DNA from: Rhizodiscina lignyota
Lineage: Eukaryota
NCBI GenBank assembly: GCA_010015805.1
Contig: ML978130.1
Span: 868,001-932,000, forward strand
Length of the DNA stretch: 64,000 nucleotides
Reading direction: 5' to 3'
Shown: positions 25,104-37,560 of the stretch, piece after piece
Numbering within the stretch: the stretch's first letter is position 1
Layout: each line of letters begins with the position of its first letter
The notes under the pieces: model-generated
What the model saw: only the letters and a program-made list of their open reading frames with translations
The model's database searches: none
What the model was told of the DNA's origin: nothing
Translations under genes and position numbers: made by a program

Positions 25104-25771
25104 TTTGCAGAGTTGAGAACGAAGCGTTGCAGGTTTGTTGTGGAAGGGAAGAAGGATGGTGTTGGTTTGAGGTTGTGTCGCGAGAATAAATATAAGGCTG
25201 CGACGTGACGTGGTGGGGCAGGTGATGTAAACAAAAGTCAAGTGAGGTGGCAAGAAAGGTAAATAAGGAAGGAGCTGCTGCCCGAAGCGGAAGCGAACAC
25301 TCTCACTCACCTTTGGCCGGCACCAATACCCCACCACTTCCCTCTCCTTCTTTTTCTTCTTCTTCGGAGGGTCTTCAAGAACCAACTCGGCGAAGGGCCA
25401 GCAGCACGGGAAGCACATGGCGGAGCTCTCTGGCGTTCTGGCCGAGTGCGAAATTGAGCTTTGAGGCGATGTTTGAGGTCACTCTGCTCTTATAGAACAG
25501 TCGAAGTAGATAGTTGCTGAATCACAAGTGCATGTCATGCGTATTGCATGAAATGAGAAAGCTAAAAATGGAACTTCATGTGACTCCAGTCTTAGTGTGT
25601 ATCTCGATGAACCTAAGCGATGACTCTCTCTCTATCCACCCTATCGTGACATCTCGCACTCCTTTCTTTACCAAACAGAGCCAAAGAAAAATTAAAGGGA
25701 GAGTGTGTCCGTTCGGGCGCTAATAAATCTAAACCCAAAAAAAAAGAGCGATCAAAGAGGAATTATGTCGG

Positions 25772-25782
25772 GGAATCGAACT
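25772..25782 (-). promoter_or_regulatory. Pol III B box (TFIIIC site) downstream of the terminator
   Basis: AGTTCGATTCC matches RGTTCRANTCC and is not embedded in a tRNA T-stem. Confidence 0.75.
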
Positions 25783-25795
25783 CGGGGCATTGCCT

Positions 25796-25962
25796 AAAAA
25801 AAAAATTCCGGTGCCGCCACATAAGTCCGTACTCAATTCGGGGTGACGACCGTGTGGATAAGATGGCTGGGGCGTCCGACTGCCCATGATTGATTGTAGG
25901 AATTACTCCTTAGGAAATAAGAGTCGAAAGGCCATACCACCTGCACCACACTGCACACCGGC
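25796..25962 (-). ncRNA. Candidate RNA polymerase III-transcribed structured ncRNA (~160 nt), family unknown
   Basis: A box TGGTGCAGGTGG (25948-25937), T10 terminator (25805-25796), 5'/3' closing helix CCGGUGU/GCACCGG and four further helices, several with G-U pairs. Confidence 0.7.
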
Positions 25963-25986
25963 ATTAAGGGCATCAGAAAAAATATG

Positions 25987-25998
25987 AAATATATATTT
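25987..25998 (-). promoter_or_regulatory. TATA element about 25-36 nt upstream of the candidate Pol III RNA
   Basis: AAATATATATTT at the spacing expected for TFIIIB binding. Confidence 0.55.
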
Positions 25999-28900
25999 GT
26001 ACATCTCCTGCGAAATATCGCCTCTGCGTATTAGTACCATACCAACCATCTCGGAGCTATAACACCTACCTCATACCTACCTTATTTAACATAGCCCCAT
26101 CCTCTCATCATGGCAGTCTCTGCCCAAGTGCATTATTTCCAACGCGTGCGATCTCTAATATTTGCGATCTCTAGTCTTTGCGATCTCTGTGTTCTCGTGT
26201 GATATCGTGTGATATCGTGGGTTCCAGGAGGAAGCCTAACAAAGTGGCTGCATACCACAGGCACAACAAGCGATACCGCGCAAGCCAAAATTGCAATGAA
26301 AGTGAAGCACCGCGCATACACTCTCATCTAAACTAGTTAAAAATTGGATTCCTGAAGTTTTATCTCAGTTTTTCAGACGGTCAAGGTGATCGGTCAACGC
26401 TTGTCGTCCGTTCTCACTTCGCACATCACAACGGCGAATACCGAAGCTAGCCGTTTGGAGCCGCCGCCATGCAGCAAGATCCGAGCATTTATGGAAGGAC
26501 GCTAGCCCGATGTATTGACATGCTCAACTTCCTCCATCAAGATTGACATGAAGCAAGAAATTTGTTGCAGTTGATTCAGATTCTTCTGGCAAACCTGGCT
26601 TTCGGAAAGCGCGAATCGCCGCATTACAATGTGGACGAAACACTTTGAAGACTGCATACTTGTTTTTGGGGCTTCACCTGCCTCCAGCGACCTCACGCTA
26701 TGCGCGGACGATATTTGCAGGCGATATTTCAACTGTCTATCAAATATTCACTGGAAATCATCGGGCCATTACAACTGGCATGCGAATGGAAAAATGTGGA
26801 TTTTTAGTTGCATGAATTCGGCCATTGCAGTGAATTAAGTGCTCAGCCAAAGCAGTGGCAATGATCAATCGTGATTTCCATTTGTAATTCTACCAGAGCC
26901 TTTAAGCAGACATGTGCAATTACTGATTCCCATTAGTTCAACCTTGACATGTGAAACACATGTGCACACTCCGTAACCCCTCCCCAACCCCTCTATATCT
27001 AATAACCAATAGAATCGACAATATGGACCAACGTCCGGATCCTCCCGTCTCTGTTGTGACATTGATTCCGTTGAGATCGAGGTAATAACCAATCAAAGTC
27101 GGCTTACACGCCTCAATACAAATTCGACGTCGTCCATATGGTTGAATCGTCATCAAGGACCGTTTAAAGGACAGGTGCTTGGCAAAGGACTCGGATGATC
27201 GTAGGGTTCGTGGTGATGGTGGAAGTCTATAACTAGGTCTCAATCCCTCCTCTTTCTTTCTCTTCATCGGGTCGCGAGCTTGCAGCCAGGAGTCATGCTA
27301 CCATCGTCCGCGGCGAGAGGCACTTCCTGATCGCTGCATCAAGTCGCTGACAGCCAGCCCTTACAGGTGTCTGGATAAAAGTTCCTGCCGGGGCATTGCG
27401 TCCCCTGACATCCAAGGTATTCACCTTGATGAGACCAATGGTCCAAGTGCATCTGGCTACAGGTTGTTTTGTTACCACCAGCTCTGCAGGCGGATGCTTT
27501 CGGGCCCAACAGCGGTCGGCTAGGTCATCAGGTTGCTGGTGTCTTTGTATCACCTACGGTGCCGATGCCAGTCTCCCATGATCCGAATGGGGAGGGGCTG
27601 TCCATCGGAGCGGTTTTCAGGCCTGATCACCGGTGCGGACTTTTGGCGTCTGGGGTGGTTCCCGGCTGATCTGTCTTAGCTTTGGGGTTAACGCAGGGCA
27701 TTCATACAGCTCAGGCATTCTCGACTTCGGTTGGGATTGTCGCCAACCCATTAGCCTGCGGGCTGCTAGCGACGAAACCAAGGCGGGTCTACGGGCCTTG
27801 CTGCATGTATGGTTGAAGCATCCAAAAGTTCCTAGCTCTCAAAAAGATCCGGGTCAGCGGCGCGAGGAAACAAGTTCGTGCACTCCTCTCAACGCGGCTC
27901 CTGAGCGATCTTTCTCCCGCCCGGCGTCTCAGCCAGCGGAGTTTTCTGTCGGTATATCTGACAGCATGGGTGACGAAGCCCGCTTCTGCACGTCCGGTCC
28001 TCAGGGCCACGTGTCACCCGGGGCACTGTCTCGCAAGAGCAGTGTGCTAACGCAGATCGGTTTCCTCCCTTTTTCATCCCTTCCTTGATGACTTCTTGAT
28101 GACTTTGGCTGACACCTAGCAGGCTGTGATGTTTGCCAATAAATCGTATGTCTAGTCTCTGATCATTTCGCAATCGGTAAGTCAACCAAATCTCCACCTT
28201 TTCTGGATCGCATGCTGACTTTGTCGACGCAGAATTCATCATCACTACCATCATCACCGTCAGTACGCAGCGACGGCAGAATCCAAGTCCTTAAGGCTTT
28301 ATGTTGTTCGACTGACTGATCGACAAGGTTATTATTGTTGTCGCACTCGACTTCAGTTGCTCTGGTGAGTCTGCCCAAGCACATTCTTGCGAGCTCATTG
28401 CTGACAGTTGTGATATTCGCTAGGTCGTGATGTCTTGGAGATGGAGTCTCTGTCGCATCTGTGCAAAAGTATGTCGTCGGTGCTCGCTTTGGGACATCGT
28501 ACATGGAGGAGGGTTGCTGGCCCCCTTGTTGTGCATATATTTCCACAAAAAGATTTCTTCCTCGATCCATTTTTTTCAATTGTAACTGACACATCGTCAT
28601 TGTCACCGTCTCTTACTCGCTGCCTTGGTTGCTCCGCTGACCCGTAGTACTCATCAAGTGTGTCGGCTCGTGGTAATGACGAAGCAGGCGGGTTCTTATT
28701 GCATCGAGTGACTGTCACCTTTGCTGCTGGCACCTCGCCTCGAACTTCCAGATTCCAGAGCGGTCCCAGTACGATTATGACCGTTGAAGCGAAACTGGCA
28801 AGTCGCCACTGTCTGCCCATGTTCGCATACTTTCCACGAAAGTCTTGCACCGCCACGCCTGCAAACATTGGTATGTTCTCTCTTTCTCAATGGTCTTGGC

Positions 28901-29679
28901 TTCTCAATCATCTTGTACGCCCCATTCGATGACTCCTTGCGCACTCATTCCGAAGGGACCTTGACAGTTGCGAAACCGGTACGTTCTTGTCGCCGTATTT
29001 GCTTTCGGCTCCGCTGTAAAAGCATCTCCCACAATGTGACACTCATCGGCATCGGCCAATCAGCGTCTGCGGTCAATTTCGCATATCCGGTGCGCATCGA
29101 TCGTCTTGATTGGCTTGTATATCGGGTATTGGCTTGCCATTCTCGAGAGTAACGAAATAGCTGGCCGCCGAGCAAGATGTAATGCGTAGAGTGAGGAGTC
29201 CTCGCAGTCCAAGGTCAGTGAGACTATCTCTGAAAGATTAGTTCCATATTCGTCAGAGTGTTTATGATAACAACTAACCTTTGAAGAACATGTATGTTTT
29301 ACTCGTGAACGAGGCTATCGACGACAGCAGTTCGGTGTCCTGAAAGCCGCAGTCAACTGTTTTGTCACCGTCGCATCAGATTCTTCCATGGCACAAGCCT
29401 GCTCTTCTGTTCCAACTCCACCGTCGCCACTACTTTATGTCTTGTCTTCTGTGTTGCTTGGCGACATCAACTTCTCCCTCGGCTGTGTCTATCACCGTCA
29501 CATTTTACACATGCATGTACATAGATCATGCAATCGTACCACCATTCACGCGATAAAAACGAAGGATACATCAAGCTTTTAACAATATTTGTCACAGCCC
29601 CGTTTAGAGGATGTGAAAGCTAGCCACGCCACTCTTCAAGCCAAATGATGGCTCCTCCACCTCCCCACTCGTGCTCCTT

Positions 29680-31032
29680 CTATGCCGGCTCCTGCACTGG
29701 CTCCATCCACCTTCTCACCCACAAGATCTCGCCTTCCACTGGGTCCATCACGCACGCGAAGTGCGTACACTCATTCGTAACCGGCCACCGCCTCACCCAT
29801 CTCACAACGTCCTCGATGCCGACAAAGACATCCTCGTCAGTTGTGCCAGGATGCTTCTTACCGAACCTCCGCACCGCTTTCTTCCAGCGTGCTTCCATGC
29901 ACTGCTTCCGATCGATCGATTCGTCCAGCAGATCTTGCAGGTCCGTGAGCACGGCGGTCTCTTGGGTGTGTGGAGAAGATATGGGCGGTTGAGATTCTGG
30001 TGACGGCTCGAACATGAGGTCGTGGTTCGTAGCAATAACGAAGGAGGAGGATGAGCGGATGAGTGCAGTTGCGCGGTCTTTCTCGAACACTGTCGTGACA
30101 GCTCCATTCGAGGCGATTATGTATGCTGCTGTTGTCGTAGCTGAAGGCAGGTCTTTCGTTAACTTCGCTAGGTCCGGAAGTGCCTCATCTTTGTGACCCG
30201 ATGACTCTAGGCTGCGACGCATCGCAGGTGGCAGGATAAAGCCACGCAGCCTTGACGAAATGGATGGTCGCAGTCCCAGTAGAACAAGCACATGATTTCC
30301 GTAGTACCTCAGGTTCGCCAATCTTGAGTCCGAGTCATTGTGGCGTGGCCGGAAGTTCAACGACAAGCTCAGCCCTTCCTGTGCGCCCAACGCTGGCCTC
30401 ACACCTGTCAGAACACCGACGAAACCGACATAAGTGATGCTTCTTGCAAGCACTCTGCCATGCGGTCGATCGACAAACTCAAGCTGCACGACAATCTTGC
30501 GCAACGAATCCATTCCCCAATCCAGTGTACGGAAATGCAGCATCCGCACCTCGCCGTCTGAACACTCCGATCGTATGCCGCCACTGGAACAGCCCATGAG
30601 CATGTCAAGGAGCGTATTGAAGCACACGAGGAGGTACATCTCAACGCCAGTGACCCGACTGATTCCACGGATTTCTTCTGTCTGCTCTTTGCTATGCAGC
30701 CGTCGAAGGAAGACTTTGGCTAATCGCCGGATGGTGGTGATTGATATGTCAGGATAGAGGCTTCCAACTACATCATCGAAGAGGCCTGTCAATCCCTGAA
30801 TGTCGGCCTTGAAAGCCTGCGCGAGTTCGACGTAGCGTTCTGCTGGTGGAAGTGATAGGTCGATTGTGTATATTGGAGGCGCATCTCCAGCTTTAGTTGA
30901 CGCAGATGTGGGCGGCGCATGGGTTGACGGCTGAGAAGCAATCGATCTTCGATCATCATGAGTTACCCCTTCTTCATTTACGTCCGGGAATCCAGATATT
31001 CTGGCTGTCTGCGCACGCGTCGTCGGAGGCAT
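29680..31032 (-). CDS. Acid ceramidase/N-acylethanolamine acid amidase-like Ntn hydrolase
   Basis: IDLSLPPAERY, candidate nucleophile site MG-CSSGG, HFRTLDWGM, GFVGVLTG, SLSLNFR and ATNHD. Confidence 0.9.
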   Translation of the reverse strand: MPPTTRAQTARISGFPDVNEEGVTHDDRRSIASQPSTHAPPTSASTKAGDAPPIYTIDLSLPPAERYVELAQAFKADIQGLTGLFDDVVGSLYPDISITTIRRLAKVFLRRLHSKEQTEEIRGISRVTGVEMYLLVCFNTLLDMLMGCSSGGIRSECSDGEVRMLHFRTLDWGMDSLRKIVVQLEFVDRPHGRVLARSITYVGFVGVLTGVRPALGAQEGLSLSLNFRPRHNDSDSRLANLRYYGNHVLVLLGLRPSISSRLRGFILPPAMRRSLESSGHKDEALPDLAKLTKDLPSATTTAAYIIASNGAVTTVFEKDRATALIRSSSSFVIATNHDLMFEPSPESQPPISSPHTQETAVLTDLQDLLDESIDRKQCMEARWKKAVRRFGKKHPGTTDEDVFVGIEDVVRWVRRWPVTNECTHFACVMDPVEGEILWVRRWMEPVQEPA

Positions 31033-31767
31033 GATGAGCTAATTGATTCAAGGTGAGACTTCACAAGTAAAAGAAAACAAGATTGAATGGGAAAATGTCA
31101 GAGTCATATCATAGTTGAGGATTGCTTGCTAGGCAGCAGACGCTGTCCTACAACGCTCCGCCTCATGGCGCTCGCTGCGCCGCCAACTAGTGGAGCGGTC
31201 ACACAGAGCACTTACTGTGATGAATGGTATCGACTGTGAGAGAGCGTCGAATAACAAAGGTGGATGGGTATTGGGAAGGTCAAGTCATGGACGGTCGAGC
31301 GAAGAAGTTGAATTGAGGTCGTTGCCTAATGGAGCAAGGTGTTGAGCCGGTGATACGTTTATCCGGGTTCTGAATCGCCGACACCGGCGACCTGGGCTTT
31401 CTATATCGTCCAACGTAACGGCTACATAGACTTTGCGATCTCCAAAGCAATATCTAATTGAGCTTTTCAGTGCCTCTTCCAATTCATTGCCATCATATCT
31501 GCATCTTGTCTCTTTCTTACTTTACGAAATGCAAGCCCCGTTGTCGCTATCGGCACTCGGTAACTTCCGTACCCCGGACTGCTGATTGCTGTGAGACCTC
31601 GGGTTTGGATGTGCTTTACCCCGGATTTCTATATCCAATTCTCCCCCTCAGCTAGCTTTCTGCAACCGACTAGTGTACATAGAATCTCGTTTCCTATATC
31701 TCCATTTATGTAGTTTAATTGACTCAGTTCATTCAAGCTGTCTGGTCCAATTTTCTCTGTCGCTGCC

Positions 31768-33100
31768 ATGGTAGCTGGATCCCCACCTCTCTATGGCGTT
31801 CGCGTGCTGGAGTTCGCCGGCTTAGCTCCAGGTAGCTTTCAGATCCACAACTAGATGTTCTCTGGAATGCTAACTCTCATCCCGTTTAGGACCCTTCGCA
31901 GGCTTGCTTCTTGCCGATTATGGTGCCACAGTCCTCCGCCTCGACCGCGCTATCCCCAACTCCACCCATACTCCGAACCCACCGCCACCCACACCAGACC
32001 AGTTGACGCGCCGTAAATCGTCCATCGCTGTCGATATCAAGTCTTCGGGGGGTGTTGCGCTGATCAAGACCCTCTTACATCATGTCGACGTCGTCATTGA
32101 CCCTTTCCGCCCTGGGGTGCTGGAGAAGGCTGGTCTCGGACCGAGCGAAGTAATGATGAAGATCAATCCGAAGCTGATTGTAGGACGTATGACGGGTTTC
32201 AGAAGGGATGGAAAGTATAGCTTGATGGCAGGGCATGATATCAATTACATCGCCGTCTCGGGTGTGCTGAGCATGTTGGGGCGGAAAGGGGAGAAGCCAT
32301 ATCCGCCTGGCAACATCCTTGGTGATTTTGCTGGTGGTGGGATGATATGCTTTGTTGGCATTCTACTGGCATTGATTGGAAGACAGCAGTCAGGACGTGG
32401 ACAAGTTGTCGAAGCAAACATGGTGGACGGCAGTGCGATACTGGCGACAATGCCTCGATTGGCGATGAACTCAGAAACATGGGGTGGGGAGCGCGGAACG
32501 AATAGGTTAGATGGTGGATGTCCATACTATGGTACATATGAGACGAAGGACGGGAAATACATGGCCGTGTATGTTTTACAAATGCACCCCTTCTCTTTCG
32601 TATCATGCTGACCATGCAACAGAGGCGCATTAGAACCCCAATTCTTCGCCGCCCTCCTCAAAGGCCTCTCCATACCTGCATCCTCAATTCCCGGCGACCG
32701 AGAAAACCGCAATACCTGGCCATGGATCTATGAGAATTTCACCAGAATATTCAAGTCCAAAACGCGCAAGGAGTGGGAAGACATCTTCGACGGCACCGAT
32801 GCGTGCTGCACACCTGTGCTGACACAGTGGGAATTAAGGGACGGTGGATACCAGCAACGGCCTGCTGTTACACTCCGAGATACGCCAGCATACGCCATTG
32901 CAGATGAGAAGGAGAAGTTGGATATACCGGAAGTCAGAGGTCAAAGCATCGGTGTGGAAGGGGAAGGCTGGTCCGAGGAGGGTCTAAGTCCTAGCGTCGG
33001 CGGTGAAGAGATTCTTGGTCGGTGGATGGGATGGAAGAAAGGAAGAGGCTACGATGTCCAGAATGGTGGACTCGTGAAGTCGGAGGGTGCGAGGCTATAG
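31768..33100 (+). CDS. Alpha-methylacyl-CoA racemase (CaiB/BaiF family III), peroxisomal
   Basis: [45 protein letters not shown]; introns 31832-31889 and 32569-32622; C-terminal PTS1-like ARL. Confidence 0.92.
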
Positions 33101-33141
33101 TCGAATATCCGTCCGATCGAGTTCCGATAGCCAATTCGACT

Positions 33142-34059
33142 TCATTCCGACGGCTTGGTCTGATTCGTATTCTTGTACAATGGTCCGTCATTCTTGACGC
33201 TCGGCGAGTTCGGGTCTGGGGTTGAAGTTGCTGAGGCAGGGCTTTTCGAGCTCCCGCTTGTCCCTCCATTCGCTGCCCTGTATAGCGGCCCTTCGTTTTT
33301 AACCTTCGGGATGGCACCAGCGGCAGTCGCCCCCGTACCAGCTGCTGCTCCAACTCCTGCGGCAGCCTTCCCTTTCCCTCCACCAAACAACTTTCCAATC
33401 CATCCCGTGATTCTTAAGACGAAAACTCGTGCGAACCACGGCGTCGCCCACACACTTACTATTAGCCTGACCGGCAGTAGCAGTTTCGTGACCGCCCACG
33501 CCGTCGCTACCTCCAGCACAATCTTGACCCCTTTCTCACTGAAGTTCCACGTCCCTTCGCGCTTGGATCCTTCTTCCCCAAGCCAGCCCTTTCGGTGGAA
33601 ATAGCGTCCGAAGCGCTCCATGCCTTGTTTCACCCAGGCGCCCTCCGTGATGTAGGGAGGAAGCCAATTGGTGTAGTGGAATGCTGCGGCGAGGGAGACA
33701 AGCGGGACAATAGCTGTGAGTTCATGGAGAATCAAAAAGGAGGTTATGTGCGATACCGGAGCATGGAGGACAGGTTGGAGGGTTGGCCGGAGGAAGTTTG
33801 GTACTGTTGAGCAATTGTTAACGCAATTCAATTTGGAAAGGCTTGAAAGAGATATAAAAGTCTACATACAGCGATGTGAGAGTCGTCCAACGCGCGATTG
33901 GGCCTTTGCAGCTGCTTCGGGGGAGGCATTGGACGCGAAGGCGGCAGCGGGGGAGCTGATATGACGAGACTTGAGCAATTGACGGGTATTTGAGATATGA
34001 AAGTGTGCACTACTACGAGCAGTAGAAGTAAAAGAGCGATTCATCCTGGAACTTATCAT
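33142..34059 (-). CDS. Mitochondrial Mrx11/YPL041C-like protein
   Basis: Arg/Ser-rich presequence MISSRMNRSF; intron 33869-33804; SFLILHELTAIVPL and AWAVTKLLLPVRLIVSVWATPWFAR motifs. Confidence 0.75.
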
Positions 34060-34817
34060 CTTAATACAAAATCGTGAAGGTTGGTGAACGTAGAAACAAG
34101 AGATGGTACTTATCGCCCAAGCTAGCTCCCTCGCATTCGGACTCCGTATTCGGACGTATCGGGCCATAAATTGTCAAGCACGCCTTCATCCCACCTTCAC
34201 AACCCACATCATCATTTGCGAAATTCTGGGAAAGGATTTTGATCACCCGAAGACGATATACAAGTGGTCTCTTCAGAATGTCAATCAATCGATAACGAGA
34301 TGGCCCGCTGATCGATAGAGGATGTCTCCGGGGGACACAGAATATCGTCAAGTATTGTCACTAGTAACCAATTAGCTCCACGCAACGAGTGCATTCCACC
34401 CTACATCTGGATGTCTAGGCTTCTACTGTCTCTTCTCTCTTCCAAACTAGAGATGATTAATATCGTTCTGCTCAGGACACCTTCCTCTATTCCATTTTGC
34501 GGATACCATTTCTAAATCACGATCTGGGTCGCTATCTCTTCCGCTCGACCATTTCTCTATGCAATCAGTTGGCTCACATCGCTCCATTTCGATCCAAAGC
34601 CTGTACATCGAGGAAGGTTCTTCTCGATGGATAACATGAAGAGAATTTTTAGTAGAAGGTTCAACGTCAACATATCTCCATTACGGTATTGTCTCAACCT
34701 CTCGTGGAGCGTCCAAAGCTAGCCGCTGCATGTTTTTTCAAGTGGTTGCTCGATGATCTGATTAAACTGTGCCATTCAAGATGGTACATATCGTACATTT
34801 CGCATTTTAACTCTAGC

Positions 34818-35621
34818 TCACATACCCATGAATCCTCCATCCACAACAATACTCGTTCCACTCAGATAGTCACTCGCCGAACTCGCCAAAAATATGATTG
34901 CACCGCTCATATCCACCGGCAGGCCCCATCGCTTTGCCGGAACTCGACTCATAACGTAGTCGTTGAAGTCCTTGTACTTGGGATCCGTCGAGTACTGCTC
35001 GGTCATCGGCGTACGGAAATATCCAGGATGGATGCAATTGCATTGGATTCCTTTCTCGGCCCACTCATTCGACATGCCCTTTGTAAGCTGCAACACACCT
35101 CCTTTGCTTGCGGCGTATGGGGTGATGTTCTTGCCGCCGATGAAAGAGATGATGCTCGCTATGTTGATAACCTTGCCCGGTCGGCCTTCGGAGAGAAGCT
35201 TCTTCGCGAATTCTTGACAAGACACCAGAGTGGCTTTTACATTAACATCCAGAATGAGGTCAATGTCCTCGTCAGTGAAATCGATGGTTTCGGCACGTCT
35301 CTGTACGCCGGCACAGTTGAGTACGATGTCGGCGACCACACCATCTTTCCACATTTGCGCATAAGTAGCGCGGAGCTGCTTCATGTCCCGCAGGTCGCAT
35401 TCGTACTTCTTGTACTGGCGCCCACAGTCTTTCACGACTTTGGCGGTGTTCTCGCTGCCAGGGTCGTTGGGAAGCTCGATCGAGACAATGTCTGCGCCTG
35501 CTGAAGCTAATGCAGTTGTAAACGCTGTACCCAGGCCGCCTGTGCCGCCTGTGACGATGGCGGTCTTGCCATGTAGTCCAAATAGTTTGTTGATATCTAC
35601 TGTTGGAGTTGCTGCTGCCAT
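34818..35621 (-). CDS. Short-chain dehydrogenase, 2-deoxy-D-gluconate 3-dehydrogenase (KduD)-like
   Basis: TGGTGGLG, NCAG, YAASKGG, NCIHPGY and VDGGF. Confidence 0.9.
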   Translation of the reverse strand: MAAATPTVDINKLFGLHGKTAIVTGGTGGLGTAFTTALASAGADIVSIELPNDPGSENTAKVVKDCGRQYKKYECDLRDMKQLRATYAQMWKDGVVADIVLNCAGVQRRAETIDFTDEDIDLILDVNVKATLVSCQEFAKKLLSEGRPGKVINIASIISFIGGKNITPYAASKGGVLQLTKGMSNEWAEKGIQCNCIHPGYFRTPMTEQYSTDPKYKDFNDYVMSRVPAKRWGLPVDMSGAIIFLASSASDYLSGTSIVVDGGFMGM

Positions 35622-37560
35622 GGTTTGTCGAACGCTCTGTCGTTTGGAATGGTCTTCAATCGTATTAATTTCAAACCCGTTTCCGAGAAGTTGCACTCAA
35701 CCTGACAATTGGGATCCAAATGTTCCCCAAAATTATATAGAGTTTCCGGAATATCTACACGGAAATAATGTCTTACCATGAGCAAGCTACCGGCAAGGAT
35801 GCGGGGTCTGTCGGGACTCGGGTGAGCCAAAAGGGTTGCCGAAACTCCTCATCCTCAGATCGCACGACTTTTTCCTTTACTGAAGTTCCTTAATAGCTCC
35901 GTGTCATACAGAGTGGCTGTTTAGTTGAGATTTTAAGCCCTTACGATGCTACGTAAGTCGTTAGAAGTACTTACCGAACAAGTCGCAGATCCACCCACCT
36001 GCCACCCAGCCACCATGGTTAGAGTCCAGGGGAACATCCATTCCCCCAAGCGCGTCGCTATGCTTCTTAAAGGACAAGGGAGAAAATACTCTCATTGAAA
36101 TATGGAAAGGCCAAATCTATCAGATCCTAGAGCTATTTGGGTCTAAGGAGAAGAGCACTAATACGATTCACTCCAAACAATTTTCCACCCAGAGCATCAG
36201 AGAGCGACACAGACCGAACGACATCAACGCCTCATTAGCCACTCCACCGCCGATTCTAGCAAATGGCATTGTAAGCTCCCCTCTTCTCTTCGCGCCTGGG
36301 AGCGCTCGACTATGCATTGAATGATAGCTCGAAGGCACGATGCTCTATGACACTAGCTGTCCGCTGCAGGACCATCAGGTTAACGACGGCAATTTCTGCT
36401 CTCCACTTAGCGACGAATTCATATTTAGTGGAAGAACTGGATAACGCTGGTGGTGCACCTTGTTCGTGTGGTCTCATCACTGATCGGCTCAAACCCAGCT
36501 CGACATCGCTTGCAGTGGTATTGTAGAAGCCCTCTGACCGACCTGCGGCGGCAGAGGGGTTGGCCTCGCTGTCTCGATCTAGACATAATTCAGCTCATAA
36601 GGACCTATGGCACTTTCTATGTCAGATTTCTGTGCTTACCCCCTCGACGTGTGCGCCGCCGTGTACATTTCCATACCAGAAGCAAAGACGGCGGAGACGT
36701 GACAAGCAGAGTGATCAGGCCAATCAAAGCTTCCGGACTCATGCTTCCATTCGATTATTGATCAAAGATCCGTGCACAGAATCATATGGGACACTGGATA
36801 ATGCTATTGCCAGTCTGTGAGTCTGTTTGAAACTTGAGAACACTGCTTCGTTTTATCTTAGAAGCAGCTTCCGCATGGCGGAGACCTGCCTCACAGCCGA
36901 CACAAGACCGCAATACATTTCGTGCTGTACTCTATGCCTTCTCGAGGTCAGGAACAGATTCTGGAATGCCCCAATCAGCATTCATGCCGCGTCCAGGAGC
37001 GTACTTATTCTAACCTTGCACGGCAAGGAATAATCGTCTCGGGCGAGCAGAAATGTGGCATAATGATCTGGTCCATACAGTCGCTAGTCCTGCAAGCAGA
37101 TTGTGGATTCAGCCAGTGTGGAACGAACAAGTACTTTTCTGAAATAGATTCGAGTCAACCTTGCGCACCTGGCGGCGTGAGGGGTGCCCAAGAACGCATC
37201 GCCATCGCTTTCGTGAATATGGAGCAGATCCAAAAAATGCGGCATGATGGAGTCTTTCAGGGCGGTATGCAAGATTTTGGGAACAACCATTGAGCGCTGC
37301 TCGTCATGCAGGGATATCGTACGGCGTGACGGCTCAGCTCGACCTGCAGCTGCCCGCAGAATTTGGCAAGAACCAATCATTTCCATTGACTGATCACAGG
37401 CTACAGCAGCCAGCCTCGCGGATGCCCGACGGTGTCATCTTCTTATTGGACACGAATCCCCCAAAGTTTATCTTAGCAGAGACCTTTTGGCCCAAGTGCT
37501 TCTCAAGGCCATCGAGTGTCTTGTTTTGTCTATCAAAGTCATTCCCACTAGTCTGCTATC

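Noticed and set aside
25760..25962. tRNA gene (GTTCGATTCC plus a D-loop-like TGGTGCAGGTGG)
   Set aside because: No T-stem around the TTCGA loop and no matching acceptor stem, and a T10 terminator separates the two boxes.
31768..33100. Itaconate CoA-transferase belonging to the 5-14 kb cluster
   Set aside because: GHDINY and DFAGG motifs plus a PTS1 indicate methylacyl-CoA racemase, and it lies 17 kb away among housekeeping genes.
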